Positions 9,291-19,513 of a stretch of DNA of 64,000 bases are shown here, in pieces; position 1 is the first letter of the stretch; each line of letters opens with the position of its first letter. This stretch comes from Planctomycetota bacterium (lineage in GTDB: Bacteria; Planctomycetota; Phycisphaerae; Phycisphaerales; SM1A02). Location of the stretch: NCBI GenBank assembly GCA_022574595.1, contig JACZRS010000016.1:5589-69588 (forward strand), in the 5' to 3' direction. Under the pieces are notes generated by a model. That model did no database searches and was not told where the DNA came from. It saw nothing but the letters and a program-made list of their open reading frames with translations. A program made the translations under genes and the position numbers.

Positions 9291-9932
9291 CTACTTGTGT
9301 GGGCTCATGGGCTGGCGGCCTTGGATGGCATCGGTAAGCACTGCACTATTGGCGTATTCGAGCTGCGAACCGGCAGGCAACCCCCTGGCTAAACGCGTCA
9401 CGGTCACATCACGATCCGTTAGCTGGTCGGCCAAATATAAAGCTGTGGAGTCACCTTCCATGTTGGGATTTAGTCCAAGAATTACTTCTTTAATTTTAAC
9501 ACCGCGACAATTGTTCGATGGATCATCTATGCGTGAAATTAATGATTGAATGGTTAACGATTCCGGTCCAATTCCGCCAAGCGGATCAAGCCGCCCCATT
9601 AAAACGTGATATACCCCTTTGAACGTTCCGGTTTGTTCAAAGCTAATCATGTCCTTTGGTTGCTCGACAACCATGACAGATGAAGCATCGCGATTCGGGG
9701 CGGCACAAATATGGCAAATCTGTTGATCGGTTAGATTGCTACATATTTGGCAGTGCTGAACATGAGTTTTAATATCTTTGATAGCAACACTTAAGCGCAT
9801 GGCATCTTCGGAAGTTGCTTTGAGCAAATGAAACGTCATGCGCTCAGCACTACGCCTGCCTATGCCCGGCAACTTTGCAAGCTCGTCAATTAATCGTTCA
9901 ACCGGTTCCGGATGCACATTACCGGATGTCAT
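9291..9932 (-). CDS. recR: recombination protein RecR
   Basis: C4 zinc finger CQICSNLTDQQICHIC; Toprim region; conserved dnaX-ybaB-recR order. Confidence 0.9.
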   Translation of the reverse strand: MTSGNVHPEPVERLIDELAKLPGIGRRSAERMTFHLLKATSEDAMRLSVAIKDIKTHVQHCQICSNLTDQQICHICAAPNRDASSVMVVEQPKDMISFEQTGTFKGVYHVLMGRLDPLGGIGPESLTIQSLISRIDDPSNNCRGVKIKEVILGLNPNMEGDSTALYLADQLTDRDVTVTRLARGLPAGSQLEYANSAVLTDAIQGRQPMSPHK

Positions 9933-10005
9933 TTTTTGTGAACTAGGTGTTGGAGAGACTTTAATCTCTGTTACATTTTCGGTGCTTTGCTCGATTGAAA
10001 TGCTC

Positions 10006-10383
10006 CTAAGAAATCAAACCACTAAGACCACCAGGTGGGAGTGGCAAACCTAAATCGCCCGCAGCGCTCGACATTTCCTGTTCGGCTAATTCACGAGCTT
10101 TTTCTAGTGCGGTGTTAACTGCTCCGGTAATTAATTCTTCAGCTATTACACAGTCATCCGGATTTGCAGCATCAGCAATTCCAGCAAATAAGGCTTGATC
10201 GATATGCAAACCAACAATCCGAAGCTGCCCATTCGCTGTAGCGCGTACTGCTCCACCACCGGTTTCCGCATCCACAGTCAGCTCGGCTAGTCGCTGCTTA
10301 ACTTCTTCCATCTTGGCCTTGATCTTTGGTAGATCCTTCATGATCCCAGCAAGGCCAGCCATACCTTTAAGATTATCAAACAT
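10006..10383 (-). CDS. ybaB: YbaB/EbfC nucleoid-associated protein
   Basis: MFDNLKGMAGLAGIMKDLPKIKAKMEEVKQRL... is the typical family N-terminus; synteny. Confidence 0.85.
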   Translation of the reverse strand: MFDNLKGMAGLAGIMKDLPKIKAKMEEVKQRLAELTVDAETGGGAVRATANGQLRIVGLHIDQALFAGIADAANPDDCVIAEELITGAVNTALEKARELAEQEMSSAAGDLGLPLPPGGLSGLIS

Positions 10384-10388
10384 GTTTA

Positions 10389-11810
10389 TTAACTCCCGGG
10401 ACTATCAGTTTGTTTAGGTGAAGTATGCACCGAATCGCAAACCGAAACAACATTTGCGTCAAAAATCTGAACAGCTTTTTGTATCAAAGGCATCTGCGCT
10501 GCATTTTTTAATTGTTCAGCCTTATTCGTTGGTTCATAACTACTTGATGGCTCCAGCCTTTGAGGCGCTGCGTCAGGCTTGGGTTCAACTACTGCTGAAG
10601 GAGCTTTTTCAATATTAGTTTCATGCTCCTTTGGCAGCGTAATTGTCACTGCTTCTTTCTTTTTTTTTACTTGAGAAGCTACAGGTTTTCTCGCAGGTGT
10701 GTTTCCCGCAAGCAGCGAAGCGATATCCGCAAGGTGTTCGCTCATTGCTAAACGAACCAGTGTCGCATCGAAAATTGCGCGTGCTGTTGATGAGCTTTTT
10801 ACATTTCGCGCAGCTGCATCACAGAGCGCGATCATGTGTACCAGGCCAGCCGTATCAAAGTTCTCTGTCTGTTTTATTGCGTTATCTCTAGCAGGTCCTG
10901 CTAGCGCAACCAGGTCAGTATCTTTGCCACAAGATGTAATCAGCATCAGGTCGCGCAAATGCTCAATAAGTGATTCGAGAGCTTGTTCAATACTCGATCC
11001 ACCTGCAAGTAAATCGGCACCTGATTTTAATGTCGCACTGGTATCGCTGTTGGTAATGGACGTTACCAAATTTGATACAAGCGTTTGATCGGGCAATCCT
11101 AACATTTGCTCTAAAAGTTCGCCCGTTAGAGTCTTATCCCCAGCTGCAAGCAAACGATCAAGAAGGCTAAGCGCATCGCGCATGGAACCTTGCCCAAGCC
11201 TGGCGATTTGAGTTATTACCTGTTCCTCAGCTGTCGCGCCTTCAGCTTCGATAATCATTGCAAGCTGTTTGCACATTTCACTCATCGCAAGTGGACGAAA
11301 ATCAAAGCGCTGACAGCGACTTTGAATCGTTGCCGGTACCTTTGTCACTTCAGTAGTACAAAGAATAAATTTCACATGTGCCGGCGGCTCTTCCATTGTT
11401 TTAAGAAGTGCGTTAAACGCCGGAGTCGTAAGCATGTGAACTTCGTCGATGATGTAGATTTTGTAAGGACATCGCGCGGGCGAAAGGCCAGCCCCGGCTA
11501 TTAAATCCTTTGCTTCGTTTATACCACGGTTAGATGCGCCGTCGATTTCGATTACATCCAGATCATCGCCGCGCATGATGGCATCTGATATTTCTTTGGC
11601 TTGCTCTAAGTCATCCGTGACGTTGAGTGCTTTGGCGAAAATGCGAGCCATGGAAGTCTTGCCCACACCGCGCGTGCCACAAAATAGATAAGCATGAGCC
11701 GCCCGACCTGCTTTGATGGAGTTCTCAAGCGTTCGGCAGATCGGCTCCTGACCGACAAGCTCATCAAATTCACGCGAGCGATATCGCCTTGCTAGAACCG
11801 TGTAGCTCAC
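10389..11810 (-). CDS. dnaX: DNA polymerase III subunit gamma/tau
   Basis: AAA+ motifs LFCGTRGVGKTSMARIFAKALN and IYIIDEVHML; contains an A9G run carrying an in-frame A-AAA-AAG heptamer (+10659-10668). Confidence 0.9.
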   Translation of the reverse strand: MSYTVLARRYRSREFDELVGQEPICRTLENSIKAGRAAHAYLFCGTRGVGKTSMARIFAKALNVTDDLEQAKEISDAIMRGDDLDVIEIDGASNRGINEAKDLIAGAGLSPARCPYKIYIIDEVHMLTTPAFNALLKTMEEPPAHVKFILCTTEVTKVPATIQSRCQRFDFRPLAMSEMCKQLAMIIEAEGATAEEQVITQIARLGQGSMRDALSLLDRLLAAGDKTLTGELLEQMLGLPDQTLVSNLVTSITNSDTSATLKSGADLLAGGSSIEQALESLIEHLRDLMLITSCGKDTDLVALAGPARDNAIKQTENFDTAGLVHMIALCDAAARNVKSSSTARAIFDATLVRLAMSEHLADIASLLAGNTPARKPVASQVKKKKEAVTITLPKEHETNIEKAPSAVVEPKPDAAPQRLEPSSSYEPTNKAEQLKNAAQMPLIQKAVQIFDANVVSVCDSVHTSPKQTDSPGS

Positions 11811-11874
11811 CTTCTCTCCTTGCCTTTCTAGGCGAGAAATACTGTATGAGTGTTATTACAACAATATACATTCT

Positions 11875-12000
11875 AGGTGCCAAGAATGACGGCCAGGCGG
11901 CCGAAGGCTCGGACAACGCCGCTTATGGCTGCTGCGATCAAGCTCTGACCAGGTTCACAGGCCACCCGTCCAATGGGCCCGACCGTCATTCTTGGCACCT
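11875..12000 (-). ncRNA. ffs: candidate signal recognition particle RNA (4.5S/ffs-like)
   Basis: perfect 18-bp terminal stem (11875-11892 with 11983-12000) enclosing ~90 nt; minus-strand core AACCUGGUCAG-AGC-UUGA-UCGCAGCAGCCAUAAG aligns with E. coli 4.5S domain IV ACCAGGUCAGGUCC-GGAA-GGAAGCAGCCAAGG; lies immediately upstream of dnaX as in Bacillus. Confidence 0.5.
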
Positions 12001-12049
12001 TTACGCAGAGTATCTTAACCAAAGCCTCGAGCGTGGTACACTTAGGGTA

Positions 12050-13318
12050 ATGACTGACCAAGAAATACCTCAGGATATGGACCATTCAGGGCAGATACCG
12101 GCAGAGCAGATTCCCCACGAACCAACGCCTGCTGATTTGCCAACTCTGGTAAAACAGCCTCTGCAGGAGCGGAGCGAGCGCGTCCTGATGCGCGCTATAC
12201 GCCTGATTTTTATGGTTCTGCTTGCAGTGGTGAGTCTTCTGACGATTGTCGGGCCAGTTACAGAACCGCTTGGAGGTGGAGGAGAATCAAAGTTCAGTGC
12301 CCTCGAATTTGTAATACTGCTCTTAGCTGTATTTGGGTTCGGTGTGCTGATTCTTATAGTTGATTGGCTAACACCTAACAAAAAGCTCGGAGCTGTCTTT
12401 GGCGTTTATCTTGGAATTGTCGCAGGCCTATTAGGAGCTTTGGCAGTAGGCGCACTAATAGACTTGGTCGCAGCTTCGTGGGACATAACCGGAGCTAAAC
12501 AAGAGGCATATATTGGATTAATCAAAATCACAGTTGGCATCGCACTTTGCTATCTTGCAGTATCTATCGTTATTACAACTAAAGACGATTTTCGTTTGAT
12601 TATTCCCTATGTAGAATTCGCAAAGCAAGTGCGTGGGGTGAGGCCTTTGCTGCTGGATACTTCTGCACTAATCGACGGTCGAATTGAAGGGCTGGGCGAT
12701 ACGGGATTTTTAGCTTCGCCATTAGTTCTTCCGCGCTTTGTTGTGGATGAATTGCAAACTCTCTCAGATTCAGGCGACAAACTCAAACGGGCGCGCGGTA
12801 GGCGTGGCCTGAATATGATCAGCAAACTCCAGAGTAATCCCCATATCGATATTTCAATGGATGCATCAGAAGTTACCGGCGGCTCAGTCGACCACATGCT
12901 TCTGGAACTGGCAGGACAACAGAACATGCGCATCCTTACCACCGACTATAATCTGGATAAAGTTGCGCACATTCGTGGTGTTGCTGTACTTAATATCAAT
13001 GAACTAGCAAACTCACTTAAACCTCAAGTTATCCCCGGCGAATCTTTCCCAATAGAAATCGTAAAGCGCGGAGAAGCCGCAAGCCAAGGTGTGGGCTATC
13101 TACCTGATGGAACAATGGTTGTTGTAGAAGATGCAGCTGAAAGCGTGGGTTTAGAAGTAGATGTAATGGTCACGAATTCGCTGCAAACGAGCGCAGGGCG
13201 CATGATCTTCGGCCGAGTCGCAGATGGCAGCACAGCACGACCATCCAACCAATCCCAAAGCATGGCCCACGCAGCAACCCACCAACCACGCACCCCGCCA
13301 CGGGCTGGACAAGGTTAG
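12050..13318 (+). CDS. membrane-anchored PIN + TRAM domain protein (YacL-like)
   Basis: N-terminal TM helices; PIN-like LLLDTSALIDGRIEGL; C-terminal TRAM-like GESFPIEIVKRGEAASQGVGYLPDGTMVVVE; the ORF-track start at 11789 overlaps dnaX and the SRP RNA and is rejected. Confidence 0.6.
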   Translation: MTDQEIPQDMDHSGQIPAEQIPHEPTPADLPTLVKQPLQERSERVLMRAIRLIFMVLLAVVSLLTIVGPVTEPLGGGGESKFSALEFVILLLAVFGFGVLILIVDWLTPNKKLGAVFGVYLGIVAGLLGALAVGALIDLVAASWDITGAKQEAYIGLIKITVGIALCYLAVSIVITTKDDFRLIIPYVEFAKQVRGVRPLLLDTSALIDGRIEGLGDTGFLASPLVLPRFVVDELQTLSDSGDKLKRARGRRGLNMISKLQSNPHIDISMDASEVTGGSVDHMLLELAGQQNMRILTTDYNLDKVAHIRGVAVLNINELANSLKPQVIPGESFPIEIVKRGEAASQGVGYLPDGTMVVVEDAAESVGLEVDVMVTNSLQTSAGRMIFGRVADGSTARPSNQSQSMAHAATHQPRTPPRAGQG

Positions 13319-13510
13319 AGCGTAGACGATGCTTAGTACTGGCTAGGCATAAGTTTAATTCCAGGAACTAAAGAATAAGAGCAAGTCGCTTGTATTTACT
13401 GAGCCGTTTACATCGAGATCTGCCAGGCAGCAACTATCGCATTGGCCCCATTCGGATAGCAATTGGATTAGGTCAGCTTCGTTAATAATGCCATCACGGT
13501 GTAAAATGTA

Positions 13511-15229
13511 TTACGGACACGGCCCCCAGTTGGCTAGGAGGATGAGAAGATCGCTCGTGCTTACGATGCCATCGCCGTCGAAATCAGGCGGGCCTTCGGG
13601 ATCAAAGCCCCACCAGCCTAGTAGGATCAACAAATCGCTGGTGCCAACGATACCATCTGCGTGCAAATCCCAGGGGCAAGTCTTGTTATGAAACTCATAT
13701 GCACCCATATCCACAATCGGCGGATCGCCGTTGCCGGTGTCTCTCGTAGCAGGGTCATCAACGAAACGTAGATTGCCGTCGAGATCGGTGTCGATTCCCT
13801 TCGGTACCGATGTGTTGTCTGCTGCATCGATACAGGGTGAGCCGGGTAACAATCGAAGATTTCCGTTCGCAGCACTGACAAACAGTGGATCTGCGTTGAT
13901 ATTACCACTGCCTGGCCATCCATCTTGCACACAACTGTAAGTTACTGTTGTTGTAGAGTTACCGTAATTTGATATCTCTGGGGATGTATTGTTGAACATG
14001 ATGCAGTTGACCAGCGAGGGATTGCTGTCGATGTTGAACAACCCGCCAGCTATCAAGCCTTCATTGTTGCTAAGCGTACAATTGATGAGAATTGGGTTAC
14101 TGTTAATTATGTTGTACATTACACCACCCCATGTCTCGGCGACGTTATCGTTGAACTTGCAGTTGATGATCGTGGGACTACTATTCGAGTTGTACATCCC
14201 GCCAGCCCAATTATTGGTTGAGTTTGCGCTAAACGTGCAGTTGACAATCGTTGGGCTACATACGTGTGAGTTGGCCATTCCGCCACCTATGTAAGCAATG
14301 TTTGCAAGGAACGCACAGTTGGTAACCGTCGGGTTGCTGCCGGAGTTGTTACTCATCCCACCGCCAGAGATTTCGGCTGAATTTCCGCTGAATTCACAGT
14401 TGCTAATAGTCGGGCTACTGACGTAGTTGTATAATCCTCCGCCTTCGCCATCGGCAGAATTACCACTAAACGTGCAATCGCTAATAGTCGGGTTACTGTG
14501 CAGGCGGTTGTACATCCCGCCGCCTATGTGCGCAATGTTTGTGTTGAACGTACAACTATTCATGGTCGGGCTGCCTTCAAGGTTGTAGATTCCGCCGCCT
14601 CTTTCCGCACTGTTTGTGGTGAATGTACAGTTGATTACCATCGGGTACCCTTGTTTATTGTACATTCCCGCTCCGAAAGCGTGTGAGAAATCCCCTTCAG
14701 CTTTGCCGGCAGTGATGATGAATCCATCAATGACAGCGCTATTGTCAGTAAAGCTACTAGTAACCACGTGATTGCTATTCTCATCATTGTTCTTGAAATC
14801 TACTTCATCATCGCCCAGTAGATCACCGCTGAGAATTGTTTCATATAACTCGATATCGCGATCATCTGGATCGGCTGCCCCGATGCCTGCATAGCCACCT
14901 AATAGAGATACGCCGTTTATTAGTTGGAATGTTCCTTCCCGGTTGCCATCACCTTTGGGATTGTTTTCACTGCGATCAGGCTTATATTCGCCTTGAGCAG
15001 TGCGAATCTCATTTACGCTATTTTCTGGTTCTACTGCAAACAACAGTGCATCTTGCAGAAAGCGGTATGCGGTCTCCCAAGAAAGGCCATCCCCGCCTGC
15101 TGGTGCATCGTCATCAACGTGAAGCACAATTTCGCCTACAGGACTCCCATTGCAATTCCCACTGAACCCGGCCATCAAAGAACACACTGCAAACGCAACG
15201 ATTCCAAACTGTCGTAACTTAATTACCAC
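13511..15229 (-). CDS. secreted right-handed parallel beta-helix repeat protein with the dockerin-like ANWGPCP C-terminal module
   Basis: signal peptide; VDDDAPAGGDGLSWETAYRFLQDAL beta-helix cap; >10 repeats of NCTFxxNxAxxGGGMYN; C-terminus CPWDLHADGIVGTSDLL...DFDGDGIVSTSDLLILLANWGPCP. Confidence 0.6.
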   Translation of the reverse strand: MVIKLRQFGIVAFAVCSLMAGFSGNCNGSPVGEIVLHVDDDAPAGGDGLSWETAYRFLQDALLFAVEPENSVNEIRTAQGEYKPDRSENNPKGDGNREGTFQLINGVSLLGGYAGIGAADPDDRDIELYETILSGDLLGDDEVDFKNNDENSNHVVTSSFTDNSAVIDGFIITAGKAEGDFSHAFGAGMYNKQGYPMVINCTFTTNSAERGGGIYNLEGSPTMNSCTFNTNIAHIGGGMYNRLHSNPTISDCTFSGNSADGEGGGLYNYVSSPTISNCEFSGNSAEISGGGMSNNSGSNPTVTNCAFLANIAYIGGGMANSHVCSPTIVNCTFSANSTNNWAGGMYNSNSSPTIINCKFNDNVAETWGGVMYNIINSNPILINCTLSNNEGLIAGGLFNIDSNPSLVNCIMFNNTSPEISNYGNSTTTVTYSCVQDGWPGSGNINADPLFVSAANGNLRLLPGSPCIDAADNTSVPKGIDTDLDGNLRFVDDPATRDTGNGDPPIVDMGAYEFHNKTCPWDLHADGIVGTSDLLILLGWWGFDPEGPPDFDGDGIVSTSDLLILLANWGPCP

Positions 15230-15526
15230 AACGACCTCCCTGCACTACTGCGCAAGAGAAAGACATAAGGCTGCGCTACGTATTACTTTGGACGACACAG
15301 TCCATACCGATAGCGAACTAGCCTCTTTGCGAAACACAAACACAAATTGTCAATCGAAAAGGTAAAATAATGTTGCCGGAGAACCCGGCGGATAAGTGCA
15401 ATACAAGTATAAAAATAGTCCCAATTCGATCACAGCGGTATATCTACCGCCGCCAGAAGCCTACCTCGACAATACCAAAGTGGCAAGCGAAAGTCCGAAA
15501 ATAATCAAGCTTTTAGCCTCCAAGAC

Positions 15527-17107
15527 TCATTCCCACTCAATTGTCGCTGGTGGTTTGCTGGAAATGTCGTACACCACGCGGTTTACGCCTCGCACTTCGT
15601 TGATGATGCGGTTGCTAACTGTTGCGAGCACATCGTAGGGAATACGCGCCCAATCTGCGGTCATGAAATCCTGTGTTTCGACTGCTCGAACAGCTATTAC
15701 TGATTGATATGATCTGCCATCACCCATCACCCCAACTGTCTGAATTGGTAATAGCACAGCAAAAACCTGGTCTGTGCTGCGATACAAATTGTTGGCGATG
15801 ATTTCCTCTAGCAGGATTTCATCACAATCACGGAGCAATTCCAATCGTTCATCAGTAATCTCGCCAATTATTCGAACCGCAAGTCCAGGGCCGGGAAATG
15901 GATGACGCCAAACTATGTGTGGCGGTAAGCCCAGCACATCACCAAGCTGTCTTACTTCATCCTTAAACAAATTTCGCAAGGGTTCTATAAGTTCAAAGCC
16001 GAGATCTTTGGGTAGACCACCGACGTTGTGATGCAGTTTAATATTTGCCGACACACCCGCCATGCCGTGGCCTGATTCGATCACATCGGGGTAGAGAGTG
16101 CCTTGCGCCAGGAACTTGACTTCCTCGCCAAGAGATTCCGCTGCTTCTTTGAAAACCTCAATAAAGCGATGGCCGATCTTCAAGCGTTTTTCCTGCGGAT
16201 CGGTAACGCCTTTTAGATCACTAAGAAACTCTTTGCTCGCATCAACTACTCTAAGGTCCGCTTTGAAATGATCTCGGAAAGTTGCTTCGACTAGTTGGCG
16301 TTCATTTTTTCGCAGCAAACCGTTATCAACAAAGATGCAGGTGAGCTGGTCACCGATAGCCCTTGCGAGTAGTGCTGCTACTACTGAAGAATCAACGCCG
16401 CCGCTTAGTCCGCAGATCACTCTGCCATTTCCAACTTTGTCTTTCACTTTTTGGCATTGAGTTTCGACAAAATCGGCCATGCTCCACGTGCCGGAACATT
16501 TACAAATCTCATAAATGAAATTGCGTAGTAAGTTCACACCATGTGGTGTATGGGTTACCTCAGGATGAAACTGTACGCCGTAGAATTTGACGGTCTTATG
16601 GCGAACCGCAGCGTGTGGACAGTTTGGAGTGCTTGCTATGGTGTCGAAATGCTCGGCAATGTCCGCCACGTTATCACCATGGCTGGCCCATACGGTTGTG
16701 TTGGTTGGAATATCCGCAAAGAGTCCATCGTGGTCGGATATGGTTAACTTTGCGCGGCCGAATTCTCGCGCCTCAGCCGCCGCCACCTCACAGCCGAGCA
16801 ATTGGCAACCGAGTTGCATGCCGTAGCAAATGCCTAATACGGGTATTTTCAGGTCAAAAAGTTTGTCATCGCAGCGCGGCGCCTGGCTCTCTGAGACACT
16901 CGCAGGCCCTCCGGAAAGAATTAGTCCTTTAGGATTTAGGGCCTTTAATTGGTCGATAGACGTATCTGGAGCCACTAGCAGGCTGAACGCACCCGCTTCT
17001 CGAACCCTTCTGGCTATTAACTGGGCATATTGTCCGCCGAAGTCGAGAACTACAATAACCTCAGCATGCGGTGGGATTTCCGCTGTGTCGAACATAGATC
17101 GTGGCAT
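15527..17107 (-). CDS. guaA: GMP synthase (glutamine-hydrolysing)
   Basis: GATase CYGMQL; PP-loop [10 protein letters not shown]; conserved C-terminal dimerisation region. Confidence 0.9.
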   Translation of the reverse strand: MPRSMFDTAEIPPHAEVIVVLDFGGQYAQLIARRVREAGAFSLLVAPDTSIDQLKALNPKGLILSGGPASVSESQAPRCDDKLFDLKIPVLGICYGMQLGCQLLGCEVAAAEAREFGRAKLTISDHDGLFADIPTNTTVWASHGDNVADIAEHFDTIASTPNCPHAAVRHKTVKFYGVQFHPEVTHTPHGVNLLRNFIYEICKCSGTWSMADFVETQCQKVKDKVGNGRVICGLSGGVDSSVVAALLARAIGDQLTCIFVDNGLLRKNERQLVEATFRDHFKADLRVVDASKEFLSDLKGVTDPQEKRLKIGHRFIEVFKEAAESLGEEVKFLAQGTLYPDVIESGHGMAGVSANIKLHHNVGGLPKDLGFELIEPLRNLFKDEVRQLGDVLGLPPHIVWRHPFPGPGLAVRIIGEITDERLELLRDCDEILLEEIIANNLYRSTDQVFAVLLPIQTVGVMGDGRSYQSVIAVRAVETQDFMTADWARIPYDVLATVSNRIINEVRGVNRVVYDISSKPPATIEWE

Positions 17108-17228
17108 GAAGGAAGATCCGGTGGGAAAACCCTACTCTAGCACGTTAAAGCCCAATGAACCATCTGCCCTCAAAAGGCAGGCGATTGAGGCTTTGCCCTT
17201 ATGCGGATTCGGCCATATCCTCAAACTG

Positions 17229-17597
17229 ATGTTTTCCCTGCGTTTTCTCATTCCAATATGTGCCTTATTATTGATGTCGAGTTGCGCTTCGCCAACTGCA
17301 GGAGGCTTTGATGCCGCGAGTCCTGGTGCTAGATCTAAGGCAATTCAGACAGCAGCTATAACAGGTGACCGCAGCGCCATACCAAGGATTGTCGAACAAT
17401 TGGATTCTGATGACCCTGCGATAAGAATGTTAGCAATAGAAAGCTTGAAGCGACTTACCGGAGAAACTTACGGATATAAACATTATGATCCAGTCTATGT
17501 ACGCAATGAGGCAATCGCCAAATGGGTCAAGGCTGTAGAGTCCGGATCGGTACCTCAATTGGCTCGTTCACCTGCTGCTTTTAGAGATGCTCCATGA
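17229..17597 (+). CDS. HEAT-repeat lipoprotein
   Basis: lipobox ALLLMSSC; HEAT-like DPAIRMLAIESL; the ORF-track start at 16830 lies antisense inside guaA and is rejected. Confidence 0.45.
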   Translation: MFSLRFLIPICALLLMSSCASPTAGGFDAASPGARSKAIQTAAITGDRSAIPRIVEQLDSDDPAIRMLAIESLKRLTGETYGYKHYDPVYVRNEAIAKWVKAVESGSVPQLARSPAAFRDAP

Positions 17598-18061
17598 CCG
17601 CAATACAAACTAATCCTGTTGTACGACTTGAGATTGCAAGCCAGCCTGAGCTATTGGCAGGTGCACGAGCGCTTATTGCAGCCATGGCCCAGCGCTGCGG
17701 CTTTAACGAAATTATGTGTGGCCAAATTAGCCTTGCTGTGGATGAAGCTCTTTGCAACATCATCAAGCATGGTTACAACTGTCGTGAAGATGAACGAATA
17801 TGGATCAGCATTTCCATCACTGAAACAGAGCCAAAGTCAATCAAGATAATCATTGAGGACACTGCAGATCAGATTGAAGTATCCGAAATACGATCACGAG
17901 ACCTAGATGATGTCAGGCCTGGTGGACTTGGCGTACACATCATCAAAGAAATCATGGATGTAGTAGAATACGAGCATCGCCAACCGCGCGGAATGCGCCT
18001 AACCCTTATTAAGACTAACAAGCCTTCTCAAGCAAGAGAGAACAAAGAGCAGAAAACATGA
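17594..18061 (+). CDS. HATPase_c anti-sigma regulatory factor (RsbW-like Ser kinase)
   Basis: ISLAVDEALCNIIKHGY and GGLGVHIIKEIMD motifs; overlaps the upstream gene by 4 nt. Confidence 0.6.
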   Translation: MTAIQTNPVVRLEIASQPELLAGARALIAAMAQRCGFNEIMCGQISLAVDEALCNIIKHGYNCREDERIWISISITETEPKSIKIIIEDTADQIEVSEIRSRDLDDVRPGGLGVHIIKEIMDVVEYEHRQPRGMRLTLIKTNKPSQARENKEQKT

Positions 18062-18405
18062 GCAATACTCAGCAATTAGAGATCTTTATTGAATCAGAAG
18101 GTGATGCCAAAATTGTCCGTCCCGTTGGTGACATTGATCTCAGTGGTGCGCCAGCGTTGCGTCAACAGATCTCCCAAGCCCAGCAGGAACATCCCACACG
18201 GCTCATAGTGGATCTGTCAGGCGTGCCCTATATGGATAGCTCGGGCCTTGCTACGCTTGTTGAAGCTATGCAAATTGCCCGCCGCAATGATGCTTTGCTA
18301 ATTATCTGCTCATTACAGGACAAAGTTCGTTCGATATTTGAAATCGCTCGACTTGATATGGTATTTAAGATCGCCCAAAGCCGAGAAGATGCGATTTCCA
18401 TGTAA
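18058..18405 (+). CDS. STAS-domain anti-sigma-factor antagonist (RsbV/MlaB-like)
   Basis: LIVDLSGVPYMDSSGLATLVEAM STAS core with the phosphorylatable Ser. Confidence 0.7.
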   Translation: MSNTQQLEIFIESEGDAKIVRPVGDIDLSGAPALRQQISQAQQEHPTRLIVDLSGVPYMDSSGLATLVEAMQIARRNDALLIICSLQDKVRSIFEIARLDMVFKIAQSREDAISM

Positions 18406-18457
18406 TTACTAATAACCAAGAAGATCACAATTCGAAGTTTAAGCTGGATAACTAGTT

Positions 18458-19297
18458 GTGACTGAATCAGCTAAAGAACAAAAACCATCAATCCCAATGC
18501 GCCTGCTAGAACAATGGGGCGATCTGTGGATGCGCACCTTCGACCTTATAGGTGGAGTTTGTTACTTGATTAAAGATGTTGCAATATGGCTTAGAAAAGC
18601 ATTATTCACCAAGCAAGTCAGATTCGGCAGAACCGCACTAGTTACACAATTAGTCCGCACCGGCGTCAAATCTGTAGGCATCGTAATGCTGGTTAGCGGA
18701 TGTATCGGATTCATACTGGCATTGCAGATGAGCCCGCCGCTGGCAAATTTCGGCCAAACCGACAAGATCGCAAACATCGTCGGCGTAGCCATCTTGCGCG
18801 AATTAGGGCCACTCATTGCCGCAATCGTTATGACGGGTTTTGCCGGAGCATCCATCGCAGCTGAACTGGGAACAATGGTAGTGGGAGAAGAAATCGAAGC
18901 CCTCGAAGCCCACGCGCTTAACCCTATAAGATTTCTGGTTGTACCACGCATTTTAGCTACGATCATCGCACTCGTTCTTATCACGGTAATTGGTGATTTA
19001 ACCGGCATATTCTTCGGCGGAGTGATGACGATCGGTTTCCTTGATGTTTCATACGAGCTGTATGTCGCAAATACACTTCAGCAACTTGTGCTAAGCGATT
19101 TCACGACCGGCTTAATTAAAGCCAGTGTATTCGGGCTGATACTTAGCTCCATAGCTTGCTATAACGGCCTAAGTGTGACAGGTGGCGCAGCAGGTGTAGG
19201 CAGAGCAACAACAAGCACAGTAGTCCAGGCCATCGTCGCCATCATTATCGCAGACTTCATATTCACCGCGATTTTCTTCAGCCTCGGCTGGACGTAA
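18458..19297 (+). CDS. mlaE: MlaE-family ABC transporter permease
   Basis: MlaE/Ttg2B topology and conserved VRTGVKS...ALQ motif; no mlaF or mlaD follows it. Confidence 0.7.
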   Translation: MTESAKEQKPSIPMRLLEQWGDLWMRTFDLIGGVCYLIKDVAIWLRKALFTKQVRFGRTALVTQLVRTGVKSVGIVMLVSGCIGFILALQMSPPLANFGQTDKIANIVGVAILRELGPLIAAIVMTGFAGASIAAELGTMVVGEEIEALEAHALNPIRFLVVPRILATIIALVLITVIGDLTGIFFGGVMTIGFLDVSYELYVANTLQQLVLSDFTTGLIKASVFGLILSSIACYNGLSVTGGAAGVGRATTSTVVQAIVAIIIADFIFTAIFFSLGWT

Positions 19298-19513
19298 GTG
19301 GCATTAACTTTTGGATAAGCAGTCCTACCCATGCGGCGATCCCAGCAAAATAACCGGCGCGGCCCGCTTCAACGGGCTGCACAATAATGGCCATCCACCT
19401 TGCGAGCCGGGCCGTCTTAAGGCCGGGAGTGCCTTGTACTCAAAACCTTCTTTAATCCGCAAATTTTTATTGACCAATCCGCCCATCCATGTTCCAATAG
19501 TTGTATCGACTGA

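Noticed and set aside
11789-12085. N-terminal 87 codons of ORF 11789-13318, and minus-strand ORF 11873-12085
   Set aside because: They overlap dnaX and the long 18-bp-stem hairpin interpreted as SRP RNA. The PIN/TRAM protein has a plausible start at 12050.
16830-17228. Upstream extension of the HEAT-repeat lipoprotein ORF
   Set aside because: Antisense inside guaA. The lipoprotein signal peptide (MFSLRFLIPICALLLMSSC) begins at 17229.
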